Source of the DNA: Oscillospiraceae bacterium
GTDB lineage: Bacteria > Bacillota > Clostridia > Oscillospirales > Acutalibacteraceae
Direction: 5' to 3'
Assembly (NCBI GenBank): GCA_015066595.1
Contig: SVNZ01000003.1
Span: 112,836 to 176,835, forward strand
DNA length: 64,000 nucleotides
Shown here: positions 46,585-56,270 of the stretch, piece by piece
How positions within the stretch are numbered: position 1 is the first letter of the stretch
Layout of the letters: each line of letters starts with the position of its first letter
Position numbers and translations under genes: made by a program
The notes under the pieces: generated by a model
Seen by the model: only the letters and a program-made list of their open reading frames with translations
Database searches by the model: none
Told to the model about the DNA's origin: nothing

Positions 46585-47904
46585 TTATTGATTAACGAGC
46601 GAGAACAGTGAGCTTACTTCGTCGCCCGTGATAGACAAATAGTTGTCGGCGTTGCCGATAGAATAGGTGTAGACAGTAGAGCCGGTGCTCAAAAATTCAG
46701 TGAAGCCACTGCTGTCTTTATTATACTCATCAACTGAAAAAGCTTTTATAACCAAAAGCTCATCTTTAAGAGTCAGAGTGTTGTTTTTATATTCGATAGC
46801 GTAAATAGTGGTTTCGCGCTCTTTGACGTTATATCTGGCGGTGATGGTATCGCTCCATTTAGAAGGCATATCAAGCATATATCCGTCAGCAGTGCAAAGA
46901 ATAGAGCTTTCTATTGTGCTCAGCGCATATGTTTCAGTGTCGAAGTTCGACCAGTCGATACGTCGGAGTACTTTGTTCATATCTTCAGACTCATCGTATC
47001 CCATAAGCGAGCAAATCGGAATATCGATGAGCTCGTCTTTATCAAAGTCAACACAGCACACCTGAGTAGAACGTCTTGTGTTGCTGTAGCCTGAATACGA
47101 GTACAGTGGGTTGATAAGAGCCGGTTGTTCTTTATCAAAATACACAATCTGTGTGGTGTAGTCACCTGTTGAGCTGATGCCATCGATAACAGCACCGTAA
47201 GTACCATAGGACAGCTGAGCATATGTAGTAGCAGCGAGCTGAGTGATGTCAGAATCAAGTTCTGTCGAACCAAGCTCAGAGAGTGAGCCCTCGCTGTTGT
47301 ATATCATAAGTGTTGCTTGAGCAGCGACGTCTCCTGAGAAAAGAGAGATGAGCAGGATATCGTCGTGCTTGTCATAGTTGAAGTCGCCTGTGATAAGACT
47401 CGAATATGCACAAGCAATATCGAGCTTAGCAATTTCGTCTTGTTGATAGCTGAAGATGTTCAGGATGTTCTGAGAAGAAGTGCTTGTGCTGTATCCGATG
47501 AGAATTTCGTTTACTGAGTCACCGTTGATATCCGCAAAGTCTACGCGGTCAATACCTGCTGCTTCGAGCAGAATATCGCTTATTATGGTGTACTCGTCAT
47601 CGATAATATCAAAAAACAAAGCGTGGATGTGGTCGCCTTCTTTATCAGAATACAAAGCGATAGCTTCTTCGTCTTCGTCTTCATCAAAACTATGCATAAC
47701 GATAGAACTGCGGTTAGCACCGTTTTTAGGATATTTGAGAGTATAAGAACCTGAAGTTTCCTTATCAATGAGCTTTTGGATTTTTGCTTTTTCACCAGTC
47801 GCTTTTGGAGGAGACATAATGTTAGATTCTTCGAGTGAAAGCACCGAACAACCACAAAGTGTAAACAAAAGAAGTATAGATATAACTACACACAACTTTT
47901 TCAC
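46585..47904 (-). CDS. Lipoprotein with FG-GAP-like (DxNxD) repeats, upstream of the two-component system
   Basis: LCG-C lipobox; DINGDSVNEILIG, DFNYDKHDDILL, DFDKDELIDIP. Confidence 0.75.
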   Translation of the reverse strand: MKKLCVVISILLLFTLCGCSVLSLEESNIMSPPKATGEKAKIQKLIDKETSGSYTLKYPKNGANRSSIVMHSFDEDEDEEAIALYSDKEGDHIHALFFDIIDDEYTIISDILLEAAGIDRVDFADINGDSVNEILIGYSTSTSSQNILNIFSYQQDEIAKLDIACAYSSLITGDFNYDKHDDILLISLFSGDVAAQATLMIYNSEGSLSELGSTELDSDITQLAATTYAQLSYGTYGAVIDGISSTGDYTTQIVYFDKEQPALINPLYSYSGYSNTRRSTQVCCVDFDKDELIDIPICSLMGYDESEDMNKVLRRIDWSNFDTETYALSTIESSILCTADGYMLDMPSKWSDTITARYNVKERETTIYAIEYKNNTLTLKDELLVIKAFSVDEYNKDSSGFTEFLSTGSTVYTYSIGNADNYLSITGDEVSSLFSLVNQ

Positions 47905-47930
47905 TATGTATCCCTCCTTATCTTGAAATC

Positions 47931-48587
47931 TTAGAGCATTTTTGCTTTAAGGTGTTTTATTTTTATCCCTTGCTGTGAAAACATGGTTTCATGTTCAGTC
48001 AGAATGTTATCGCTAACGTCGCTGTTGTGAAGATCCCTTGTGAGATAGGTTATTTCAAAATTTGAGTCTTTAAAATAATCTAAACTCTCTTCAAACAGTT
48101 CGTCGTTATCGGTTTTGAAGTTGATGATTGCATCATCACTCAAAAAGGTGCGGTATTTGTTAAGCTTAGTCACGTGAGTGAGCCTGCGCTTTTTGTGCTT
48201 TTCTCTGGGCCACGGGTTACAGAAGTTGATGTACATCTGTTTGATGTTGTCTTCCTTTGAAATCAGCTTTTCAATGTTTTCAACGTTGAAAGCAACGAGT
48301 GCTATGTTGTGCACTGTTTTACCGTTGTCACAAAAAAGTTTTTCGATGTTGCGTCGACCAACGCCGAGCATATCGCTTTTAATATCAACAGCAATGAAGT
48401 TTGTGTCGGGGTTATTAAGTGCCTTTTGCGCAACGAAGCTGCACTTACCACAACCTACTTCAAGCTGTATTTCGTTATCGTTTTTAAAAAACTCTTTCCA
48501 TCTGCCAAAAAAGCTTTGTGGTTCTTTGACAAAGTAAGGACACAAGTCGAGCTCCGGTTGAGCCCATTTCTTCTTTCTGATTCGCAT
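47931..48587 (-). CDS. trmB: tRNA (guanine-N7)-methyltransferase
   Basis: EVGCGK, NFCNPWP..KHKKRRLT, FKTDN, TEHE. Confidence 0.95.
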   Translation of the reverse strand: MRIRKKKWAQPELDLCPYFVKEPQSFFGRWKEFFKNDNEIQLEVGCGKCSFVAQKALNNPDTNFIAVDIKSDMLGVGRRNIEKLFCDNGKTVHNIALVAFNVENIEKLISKEDNIKQMYINFCNPWPREKHKKRRLTHVTKLNKYRTFLSDDAIINFKTDNDELFEESLDYFKDSNFEITYLTRDLHNSDVSDNILTEHETMFSQQGIKIKHLKAKML

Positions 48588-48782
48588 GGCTACCTTTTGT
48601 GTGGTGCTTCATTTTGTGGTCGCAAAAACCACATATTACCACATATAGTTATTTACATTACAATATTATAACAAACTAATATATCTTTTGCAATTGTTTT
48701 TTACATATATAATACAAATTTTTTAATAAAATTACGACTAAAATAAGTTTTCTTTAAAAATAATACAAAAAATGCAATAAAA

Positions 48783-48821
48783 AAGCGAAAAAACGGTGTT
48801 TTTGAAACCGCTTTTTCGCTT
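48783..48821 (-). terminator. Terminator after the Nif3 gene
   Basis: AAGCGAAAAA..CGGT / ACCG..TTTTTCGCTT. Confidence 0.65.
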
Positions 48822-48838
48822 ATATCGCATACAAAACC

Positions 48839-49591
48839 TCAGATAAATCTGACAGGGTCTGCAAGGGATTTTGATTTTGTGAAAGTGACATCGCTGAAAG
48901 TAGCACTCAGTTTTTCAAGTAATGGGGCGACAACGATATCTTCTGTAGAAAAATGTCCTGCTTCAACACAGCAAAAACCTTTGTCTTGTGCATACAAAAA
49001 GTGATGATGTTTTATCTCTCCTGTAACTACTGCATCAAAGTTATATTTTTCTTTGAAAGTCACAGCCTCGCTACCACCACCTGAGCTGACTGCAACTGTT
49101 TTGATATTCTGTCCTTTTGTGTAGCGCACACCATTACAGTTGAGGCATTCTTTCACATGTTTTGCAAATTCGTCACTGCTGATAGCTTTTTCAAGTGTAC
49201 CGACGCACAAAAAGTCCTCAGGATACAGGGTTGTGTCATTGAGCCCCAGTGCTTTTGCAAGACATTCGTTGACACCGATATTTTTTGCTATGTCGAGATT
49301 AGTGTGAGCACAAAGTGCACATACATCACTTTTGATGAGCTTGTAGACAATGCTGCTTGAATCAATCTGTGACAAAGGGGAGAAGATAACAGGATGGTGG
49401 CTGATAATGAGTTCACAGGAGGATGCTTTCGCTTCGTCAACAACACTCTCAGTTATATCTAAAGAAAGCAACACTTTGCTCACCTTTTTGCTCATATCAC
49501 CAACTAAAAGTCCTGAGTTATCCCAATCTGCCTGTGACAAAAAAGGAGCGACAGAGTCTAAATATTCGTATATGTTTTTTATCTGTGTCAT
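48839..49591 (-). CDS. Nif3-like dinuclear metal-centre protein
   Basis: WDNSGLLVG, IISHHP, AHTNLD, TGEIKHH, AGHFSTE. Confidence 0.95.
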   Translation of the reverse strand: MTQIKNIYEYLDSVAPFLSQADWDNSGLLVGDMSKKVSKVLLSLDITESVVDEAKASSCELIISHHPVIFSPLSQIDSSSIVYKLIKSDVCALCAHTNLDIAKNIGVNECLAKALGLNDTTLYPEDFLCVGTLEKAISSDEFAKHVKECLNCNGVRYTKGQNIKTVAVSSGGGSEAVTFKEKYNFDAVVTGEIKHHHFLYAQDKGFCCVEAGHFSTEDIVVAPLLEKLSATFSDVTFTKSKSLADPVRFI

Positions 49592-50244
49592 AAATTACAC
49601 ATTCCTTTTATTTTTTCAATTACCTCAAAGAGAGATTCATCACCTATAGCACGTTTTTTAAGGTGTGAAATAATGTGCTCAAGGTACAGCTTTGATGCCT
49701 TGTCTTTTGGGTCGAGCTTTCCGATATAGAAAAAGCTGTTGTCAACATAACACGTATCACCTGTGTATTGTACGTGCAACACGGTGTAGTGCTTTTTGTC
49801 GCTTTCACACGCTTTTTGCTCTAATATCTCAAAACCATTTTCATAAAGCCACCGTATGAGTACTTCGCACTTTGTCATAGGTTGTAGTATAAATCGCTTG
49901 CTACTGTTTTTTGCCCAGGTGCATTCACGCAGTATTTTTGCGATAAGTTCGCCGCCCATACCGGCTATCACGATGTCTTCTGCTTCGTTTTCTTTGACCT
50001 TTTTCAGACCGTCGGACAGACGCAGTGTAATCTTGTCTGAAAGTGAGTAACGCTCAACATCAGCCTTGCCGGCATTTAGTGGACCTTCGTTTATATCACA
50101 CGCAAGAGCTTTTGTTACAACCCCATTTGATACAAGCCATATAGGCAGATACGCATGGTCTGTGCCGATATCTGCGAGGGTAGCGCCCTGTCGTACAAAG
50201 CTTGCACAAAGAGCTAACCTGTTATCAAGTTCAAAAAGTCGCAT
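49588..50244 (-). CDS. trmK: tRNA (adenine(22)-N1)-methyltransferase
   Basis: ADIGTDHAYLP, RLSDGL, IAGMGG, ILQPM. Confidence 0.93.
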   Translation of the reverse strand: MRLFELDNRLALCASFVRQGATLADIGTDHAYLPIWLVSNGVVTKALACDINEGPLNAGKADVERYSLSDKITLRLSDGLKKVKENEAEDIVIAGMGGELIAKILRECTWAKNSSKRFILQPMTKCEVLIRWLYENGFEILEQKACESDKKHYTVLHVQYTGDTCYVDNSFFYIGKLDPKDKASKLYLEHIISHLKKRAIGDESLFEVIEKIKGMCNL

Positions 50245-50245
50245 C

Positions 50246-50440
50246 TCAGATAGCGCTGTTTATTTTTTCTACAAGCTCGTCAGCGTTAGCACCATGTACC
50301 TGACATGCTTCTTCAATAGTTTCGCCCCTAGCTGCAGGACAGCCTAAGCAGTGCATACCCATCTCAAGAAAGAACTGTGCTGTCTGTGGATACATATCCA
50401 GTACATCGCCGATGATAGAACTCTTAGTTACCTTATCCAT
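50246..50440 (-). CDS. DUF1858-family small protein
   Basis: GMHCLGCPAARGETIEEACQVHG. Confidence 0.9.
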   Translation of the reverse strand: MDKVTKSSIIGDVLDMYPQTAQFFLEMGMHCLGCPAARGETIEEACQVHGANADELVEKINSAI

Positions 50441-50576
50441 AATAAACCTCCAAAAAAGTTATGTTTTAAAACGTGTAAATAATATACCACAAAAGCCAAG
50501 AAAAAACAACAGTAATATAAAATGCAAAAGGCACCCGATTTTCGGGTGCCCCAGAAAAAAGGATATATATTATATC

Positions 50577-50858
50577 TTAAGCTTCTGCTTCTTTTCTCTT
50601 TGCAAAGCATTCGCTGCAATAGTAGTCTTTACCTTCCATTGGTTTGAATGGAATAGTAGCTTCGCCACCGCACTGTGCACATGTTGTAGTGTGCATCTCG
50701 CGTGCTGATTTAACAGCATTTTTGCGAGCAACTCTGCAAGCCTTGCAACGCTGTGGTTCATTTACGAAACCTTTTTCTGCATAGAATTCCTGTTCGCCTG
50801 CTGTGAATACAAATTCAGCACCACAATCTTTGCAGACCAGAGTCTTGTCTTCGTACAT
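50577..50858 (-). CDS. Double zinc-ribbon protein (CxxC-x17-CxxC type)
   Basis: DKTLVCKDCGAEFVFTAGEQEFY...PQRCKAC; CAQCG...YCSECF. Confidence 0.9.
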   Translation of the reverse strand: MYEDKTLVCKDCGAEFVFTAGEQEFYAEKGFVNEPQRCKACRVARKNAVKSAREMHTTTCAQCGGEATIPFKPMEGKDYYCSECFAKRKEAEA

Positions 50859-50932
50859 AGTGTAACCTCACTTAAAAATATTTTACCATCCCGCGACGGA
50901 GTTGCACCGCCAAAACTTTTCGGGACATATAG

Positions 50933-51526
50933 CTATGATAGTTTTTTTCGGATACGATACAGCGCATTGTCGATAGCTTTTTCGCTGACATTAAGAGCAG
51001 TAGCAGACTGCTTGTATGAGTATCCGGACAGGTACAGCGACAGAACTTTTTTTTCAAGCTCTGATAGAGTACCTTCGATTTTTTTGTACACGGTTTTTAT
51101 GTAGTCCTTGCTTTCTATTAGCTCTTGCATAGATATAGCGTTGTTATCTTCAAGAGTACTCACACTTTCGTCAATGGGGACGATGTTTGATAGTGGCACT
51201 TGCGCTTTGTTCACAGCGTGGCGATATATCGAACGAAAGCGATTTTCGACACAGAGCATAGCGTAGTTTTTGAAAGACATGCCGGCATTTTCATCGAAAG
51301 TTTTGCACGCTGACAAAAGACCGATAAGCCCCTCCTGCATAAAGTCCGAGAGCTCGTAGCCTTTGTCACAGTAGCGGTATTTTGAAGCGATTGAAGAGAT
51401 GAGGTTTAGGTATCTTGCACACATCATTTCAAACGCCTGGTCTTTTGTGTCACAGTCACCTTTTATGAGAGTGATAAGTGTAGCATCATCACAGTTTTCA
51501 AATGGGTATGACGCATACTGCACCAA
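50933..51526 (-). CDS. Alternative sigma-70 factor, SigH-like
   Basis: DFMQEGLIGLL.A..TFD....SFKNYA..C; LSELEKKVL.LYL.GYSY...KAIDNALYRI; TTG start after GAGGTG. Confidence 0.8.
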   Translation of the reverse strand: MVQYASYPFENCDDATLITLIKGDCDTKDQAFEMMCARYLNLISSIASKYRYCDKGYELSDFMQEGLIGLLSACKTFDENAGMSFKNYAMLCVENRFRSIYRHAVNKAQVPLSNIVPIDESVSTLEDNNAISMQELIESKDYIKTVYKKIEGTLSELEKKVLSLYLSGYSYKQSATALNVSEKAIDNALYRIRKKLS

Positions 51527-51765
51527 AAAAGCCACCTCGCATACAACGTAAGACTACTTATAAGTATATTTTATAATACATTAAAAACATTGAAAAGTCA
51601 ACAAATTTTCAGTTTTTATTGACAAAAATACCGATAATGATAAAAACTATTGTGCAAAATATACAAGAATATGTCGTATTATTTTACTTTAGGTCGATAT
51701 ATGTAGTGTGCTATAATGTATGTTGTAAAATTATTTTTGATTGTGGTTGTTATGGAGGGATAGTT

Positions 51766-53292
51766 TTGGTCGTAAAATGTAACAGCTTAGGTTTGTTTGG
51801 AATAGACAGTTTTTGTGTCGAGGTTGAAGCGGATGTATCAAAGGGCATTCCTGCTTTTGATATCGTGGGACTTCCTGATGCTTCAGTAAAAGAAAGCAAA
51901 GACAGAGTTCGATCAGCGCTGAGAAATTGCGGATTCGTTTTTCCGACAACGAGGATAATCGTGAATCTTGCTCCTGCTGATATAAAAAAGGAAGGCCCTG
52001 TGTATGATTTGCCGATACTTGTGGCGTTGCTCACTGCTACAAAGCAGATCAATGCGGATTTATCTGACAGTGCTTTTGTGGGTGAGCTGTCGCTATCCGG
52101 CGAAGTACGTCGCATCAACGGTGTACTCCCTATGGCGATAAAAGCAAAAGAATCAGGCATCAAAAAACTTTATGTACCATATGACAACGCTTTTGAAGGT
52201 GCTGTAGTAAAAGGGATAGAAATATATCCGGTGAAAAGCGTCTTTGAGCTGTGTGACCATCTGGTGGGCAGAGCTTTGATACAGCCTACAGTGTATGACT
52301 ATGATATGAGTGATGAGAGTCTGGGTGCGCTTGATTTTTCTCAGGTCAAGGGACAGTACGAAGCAAAGCGAGCGCTTGAAATTGCTGCGGCAGGCGGACA
52401 CAATGTACTTCTCATAGGCCCTCCTGGTTCAGGCAAAAGTATGCTTGCAAAACGTATGGGAACGATACTACCTCAGATGACCTTTGACGAGATGATAGAA
52501 ACCACAAAGATACATTCTGTTGCTGGGCTGTTACCTCAAAATAAAGGGCTTATAACTACACGACCATTTCGCTCTCCGCATCATTCGATTTCAGCAGTAG
52601 GCTTGTCCGGAGGCGGAACAATACCGAAACCAGGTGAGATTTCGCTGTGTCACAACGGTGTGTTGTTTTTGGACGAGTTGCCCGAGTTTTCACGCAGTGC
52701 ACTCGAAGCTCTGCGCCAGCCGGTGGAAGACTCGACTGTCACTATAAGTCGTGCTATGGGTCGTCTGACTTATCCGTGTTCAATCACCTTGATTGCGGCG
52801 ATGAATCCTTGTCCGTGTGGTTTTTATAACCACCCTGTAAGACAGTGTACCTGTAGCGAGGACGCTGTACACAGATATTTAAACCGTATATCAGGTCCGC
52901 TTTTGGATAGAATTGACATTCACGTTGAAGTTCCTGCTGTTGACTATGATGACTTGACCGCAAACTCAAAGGAAGAGACTTCACAAACTATCAGAGAGCG
53001 AGTGAACAAAGCACGCCTGATTCAGACGAATCGCTACAAAGGAACTGCCATCAACTGCAACGCAAATCTTGACGCATCGATGTTTGAGTCAGTATGTGTA
53101 GTCGATGATAGGGCAAAGCTTATTTTGAAATCTGCTTTTGACAGGCTCGGACTCACCGCTCGAGCATATGACAGAATACTCAAAGTCGCTCGTACTATCG
53201 CTGACCTTGAGGGCAAAGAAGTCATAAACAGCAGTCACATCACTGAAGCCATTCAGTTTCGCTCACTTGACCGCAAATACTGGGGCAAATGA
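51766..53292 (+). CDS. comM: YifB/ComM Mg-chelatase-like AAA+ helicase
   Basis: VGLPDASVKESKDRV, NLAPAD, GPPGSGKSM, GPLLDRID, LTARAYDRILKVARTIADL; TTG start after GGAGG. Confidence 0.9.
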   Translation: MVVKCNSLGLFGIDSFCVEVEADVSKGIPAFDIVGLPDASVKESKDRVRSALRNCGFVFPTTRIIVNLAPADIKKEGPVYDLPILVALLTATKQINADLSDSAFVGELSLSGEVRRINGVLPMAIKAKESGIKKLYVPYDNAFEGAVVKGIEIYPVKSVFELCDHLVGRALIQPTVYDYDMSDESLGALDFSQVKGQYEAKRALEIAAAGGHNVLLIGPPGSGKSMLAKRMGTILPQMTFDEMIETTKIHSVAGLLPQNKGLITTRPFRSPHHSISAVGLSGGGTIPKPGEISLCHNGVLFLDELPEFSRSALEALRQPVEDSTVTISRAMGRLTYPCSITLIAAMNPCPCGFYNHPVRQCTCSEDAVHRYLNRISGPLLDRIDIHVEVPAVDYDDLTANSKEETSQTIRERVNKARLIQTNRYKGTAINCNANLDASMFESVCVVDDRAKLILKSAFDRLGLTARAYDRILKVARTIADLEGKEVINSSHITEAIQFRSLDRKYWGK

Positions 53293-53601
53293 GTATGCAA
53301 CTATTATTCTTTTTTCGAATTATTTACAAAATTATTACAGAAGCAATAATAAATATAGAAATTTGCATTACTTACTTTGAATTTTTACATACAACTTGAC
53401 CAAAATTTATTACAAATCCCATTTTTGGTTGACTTTAGCGTGGCTTTGTATTATCTTATACATAGATAATGGAAAGTTATGCTCAGGTATAGTGCCCAAA
53501 GAGCTTGCTTTTCTTATTTCTAGAAATTTTCAGCGTGAAAATTTTTCTGGGACGTTTTTTTAAGATAATTAGGCATATACCATATATACGATACAGGAAG
53601 T

Positions 53602-54906
53602 GTGCATATTTTGGAGAAATTTGTTGTCAACGGTGGAAATCCACTTTTCGGCGAAGTAACCGTCAGCGGTGCGAAGAATGCTGCTGTAGCGATTATTCCT
53701 GCTGTTATTTTGTGCGATGAACCATGCCGTATAGAAAATATACCGAATATAAGCGACGTAACACTCATTGCTACTATTTTGCAAGAACTTGGTGCTCAGG
53801 TTAAGCGTGTGGACAAGTCAACACTTGATATTGACCCTCGTCCTATCAACACCTACATTGCAACCAACGACTCTGTACGTGGTATGCGTGCGTCATACTA
53901 TCTGCTTGGAGCACTGCTCGGCAGATTCCACAACGCAAAGGTTGCTTTGCCGGGTGGCTGTAACTTTGGTGTCAGACCGATTGACCAGCACTTAAAGGGT
54001 TTTGCACTTATGGGTGCAAAAAACGAGCTTATCAACGGTGCTATTATCGAGTCTACTTCTGACCGTCCTTTGCACGGAGCAAGAGTTTACTTTGATACAG
54101 TATCCGTCGGTTCTACTATGAATATTATCCTTGCTGCTGTAAAAGCAGAAGGTCAAACTATTATCGAGAACGCCGCTAAGGAGCCACATATTGTAGACTT
54201 GGCTAACTTCTTGAACTCTATGGGTGCTAACATCCGTGGTGCCGGTACAGACGTTATCAAAATTCGTGGCGTAGAGTACCTTCACGGTGTTACTTACTCT
54301 ATCATTCCGGACCAGATTGAGGCAGGCACATATATGGCCGCTGCAGCCGCAACTCGTGGCAAGATCACCGTCCGTAACATCACACCTAAGCACCTTGACT
54401 CCATTTCATCAAAGCTTAGAGAAATGGGCGTTGAGATTGAAGAATACGACGAGGCTGTAGTAGTAGATGCTACTAAGCGTCCGCTCAACCGAGTGAACAT
54501 CAAAACTATGCCTCATCCGGGCTTCCCGACTGACTGTCAGCCACAGTTTGCAGCACTGCTCACATCTGTAAACGGTACTTCTATCATCAACGAAAACGTA
54601 TGGGATAACCGTTATCAGTACGTTGCAGAGCTTGTTCGAATGGGTGCTAAGATTTCAGTAGAGGGCAGACTCGCTATCATTGAAGGTGGCACACTGCTGA
54701 CAGGTGCTCCTGTTAAGGCTACCGATCTTAGAGCAGGTGCTGCGATGATTATTGCCGCTTTGGTTGCTGAAGGTAGCACATATATTTCAAGCATTAGCTA
54801 TATCGAGCGTGGATACGAGGATGTTATCAATAAGTTCAGAGCTCTTGGAGCTGACATCAAAAAGATTTACATTCCGGATAACGACGAGGTAGCAACAACA
54901 GCATAA
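53602..54906 (+). CDS. murA: UDP-N-acetylglucosamine 1-carboxyvinyltransferase
   Basis: SGAKNA, MRAS, LPGGCNFGVRPIDQH (active-site Cys retained), PGFPTD, DLRAGAA, RGYE; exact start uncertain. Confidence 0.97.
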   Translation: MHILEKFVVNGGNPLFGEVTVSGAKNAAVAIIPAVILCDEPCRIENIPNISDVTLIATILQELGAQVKRVDKSTLDIDPRPINTYIATNDSVRGMRASYYLLGALLGRFHNAKVALPGGCNFGVRPIDQHLKGFALMGAKNELINGAIIESTSDRPLHGARVYFDTVSVGSTMNIILAAVKAEGQTIIENAAKEPHIVDLANFLNSMGANIRGAGTDVIKIRGVEYLHGVTYSIIPDQIEAGTYMAAAAATRGKITVRNITPKHLDSISSKLREMGVEIEEYDEAVVVDATKRPLNRVNIKTMPHPGFPTDCQPQFAALLTSVNGTSIINENVWDNRYQYVAELVRMGAKISVEGRLAIIEGGTLLTGAPVKATDLRAGAAMIIAALVAEGSTYISSISYIERGYEDVINKFRALGADIKKIYIPDNDEVATTA

Positions 54907-54954
54907 CTACTAAAGGGTACTTGAAGTACCCTTTTGTTATTATTAGAGGATTTT

Positions 54955-55743
54955 ATGGCAAAAATTGTTCCACTTTTCAGTTCAAGTCAGGGCAACAGCT
55001 ACTACATATCCGGCAACAACGAGGCTGTACTTGTTGATGCAGGAAGAAACTGCAAGCAGCTTGAGCTCGCACTTAGAGCAAATGAAATAGACGAAAAAAC
55101 TATCAAAGCAATATTTGTTACTCATGAGCATACTGACCACTGTTCAGCACTCAGAGTTTTTGCAAAGCGATATGATCTGCCGATTTATGCAACAAAGGGC
55201 ACTATCGATGCACTCATAAAAGGCGATAAAGTCGATATAAATGCAAAGCTTAATGTGATAGAAGATGAGATCGCTCTGGGTAATATGCTCATAAAAACAG
55301 TGGCGACTTCTCACGATGCTACTGAGAGCTGTGGGTATCACATAACTACAGCCGACAACAGAAAATGTGCAATAGTCACCGATACAGGCTTTTTGACAAG
55401 CGATGCACTCAAAGCGCTGAAAAATTCTAACCTATGTGTTATTGAGTCGAATCACGATATCGAGATGCTCAAAAACGGGGTGTATCCGTACATACTCAAA
55501 AAGCGAGTGCTCTCTATGACGGGCCATTTATCGAATGTTGACTGTGCAAAGGTGTTACCATCCCTTGTAGATAGTGGTGTGACTCGCCTTGTACTAGCAC
55601 ACTTGAGTCAGGAGAACAATACTGTGTCCCTTGCACTTGATACAGCTGTAGCGTCGCTTTCCGCAAACGGTATGAAGCGTGACAGTGACTATACTATCAT
55701 GACCGCTCCTGTTGAAACTAACGGAAAAAACATCATTTTTTAA
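54955..55743 (+). CDS. MBL-fold metallohydrolase (YycJ/WalJ-like)
   Basis: SSSQGNS, THEHTDH, SHDA, TDTG, IESNHD, GHLSN, HLSQENN. Confidence 0.92.
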   Translation: MAKIVPLFSSSQGNSYYISGNNEAVLVDAGRNCKQLELALRANEIDEKTIKAIFVTHEHTDHCSALRVFAKRYDLPIYATKGTIDALIKGDKVDINAKLNVIEDEIALGNMLIKTVATSHDATESCGYHITTADNRKCAIVTDTGFLTSDALKALKNSNLCVIESNHDIEMLKNGVYPYILKKRVLSMTGHLSNVDCAKVLPSLVDSGVTRLVLAHLSQENNTVSLALDTAVASLSANGMKRDSDYTIMTAPVETNGKNIIF

Positions 55744-55758
55744 AAGGTGTGTGACACT

Positions 55759-56238
55759 GTGCTTAATGTGAACATTATTTGCATCGGCTCACTCAAAGAG
55801 CGTTATTTTACAGATGCAGTGAATGAATATAAAAAACGACTGACAAGATACTGCAAAATAAACATCATTGAACTTAGCGAAGAAAAAATAGCAGACAAAG
55901 TCAGTGATGCGCAGATTGAGAATACTCTCAAAAAAGAGGGCGAAAAAATACTCTCAAAGATATCAAGTAGCGACTATGTGATAGCTATGTGTATCGAAGG
56001 CAAAAATCTTTCGTCAGAAGAACTGGCAAAAAAGATTGAGGAAATCTCGATGAGTAGCGGTACTGTTGACTTTGTTATTGGTGGGTCGTGGGGACTCAGT
56101 CTTGAAGTGAAAAACAGAGCTGACTTCAAGCTTTCTGTTTCAAAAATGACGTTCCCGCACCAGCTTTTTCGAGTGATGCTTTGCGAGCAGATTTATCGTG
56201 CTTTTTCTATCACAGCTAACGCAAAATACCACAAGTAA
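55759..56238 (+). CDS. rlmH: 23S rRNA pseudouridine-1915 methyltransferase
   Basis: IGSLKE, FVIGGSWG, SKMTFPHQLFR..L.EQIYRA, YHK. Confidence 0.96.
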   Translation: MLNVNIICIGSLKERYFTDAVNEYKKRLTRYCKINIIELSEEKIADKVSDAQIENTLKKEGEKILSKISSSDYVIAMCIEGKNLSSEELAKKIEEISMSSGTVDFVIGGSWGLSLEVKNRADFKLSVSKMTFPHQLFRVMLCEQIYRAFSITANAKYHK

Positions 56239-56270
56239 GATATTGATATAAAACTAAAAAGGAGGTTAAT

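Noticed and set aside
48595-48660. TGTGGT/ACCACA repeats in the trmB leader
   Set aside because: Only short 6-bp stems in AT-rich DNA; insufficient support for a riboswitch or operator.
53602-54906. murA as a fosfomycin-resistance allele
   Set aside because: The active-site Cys (GGCNFG) is retained.
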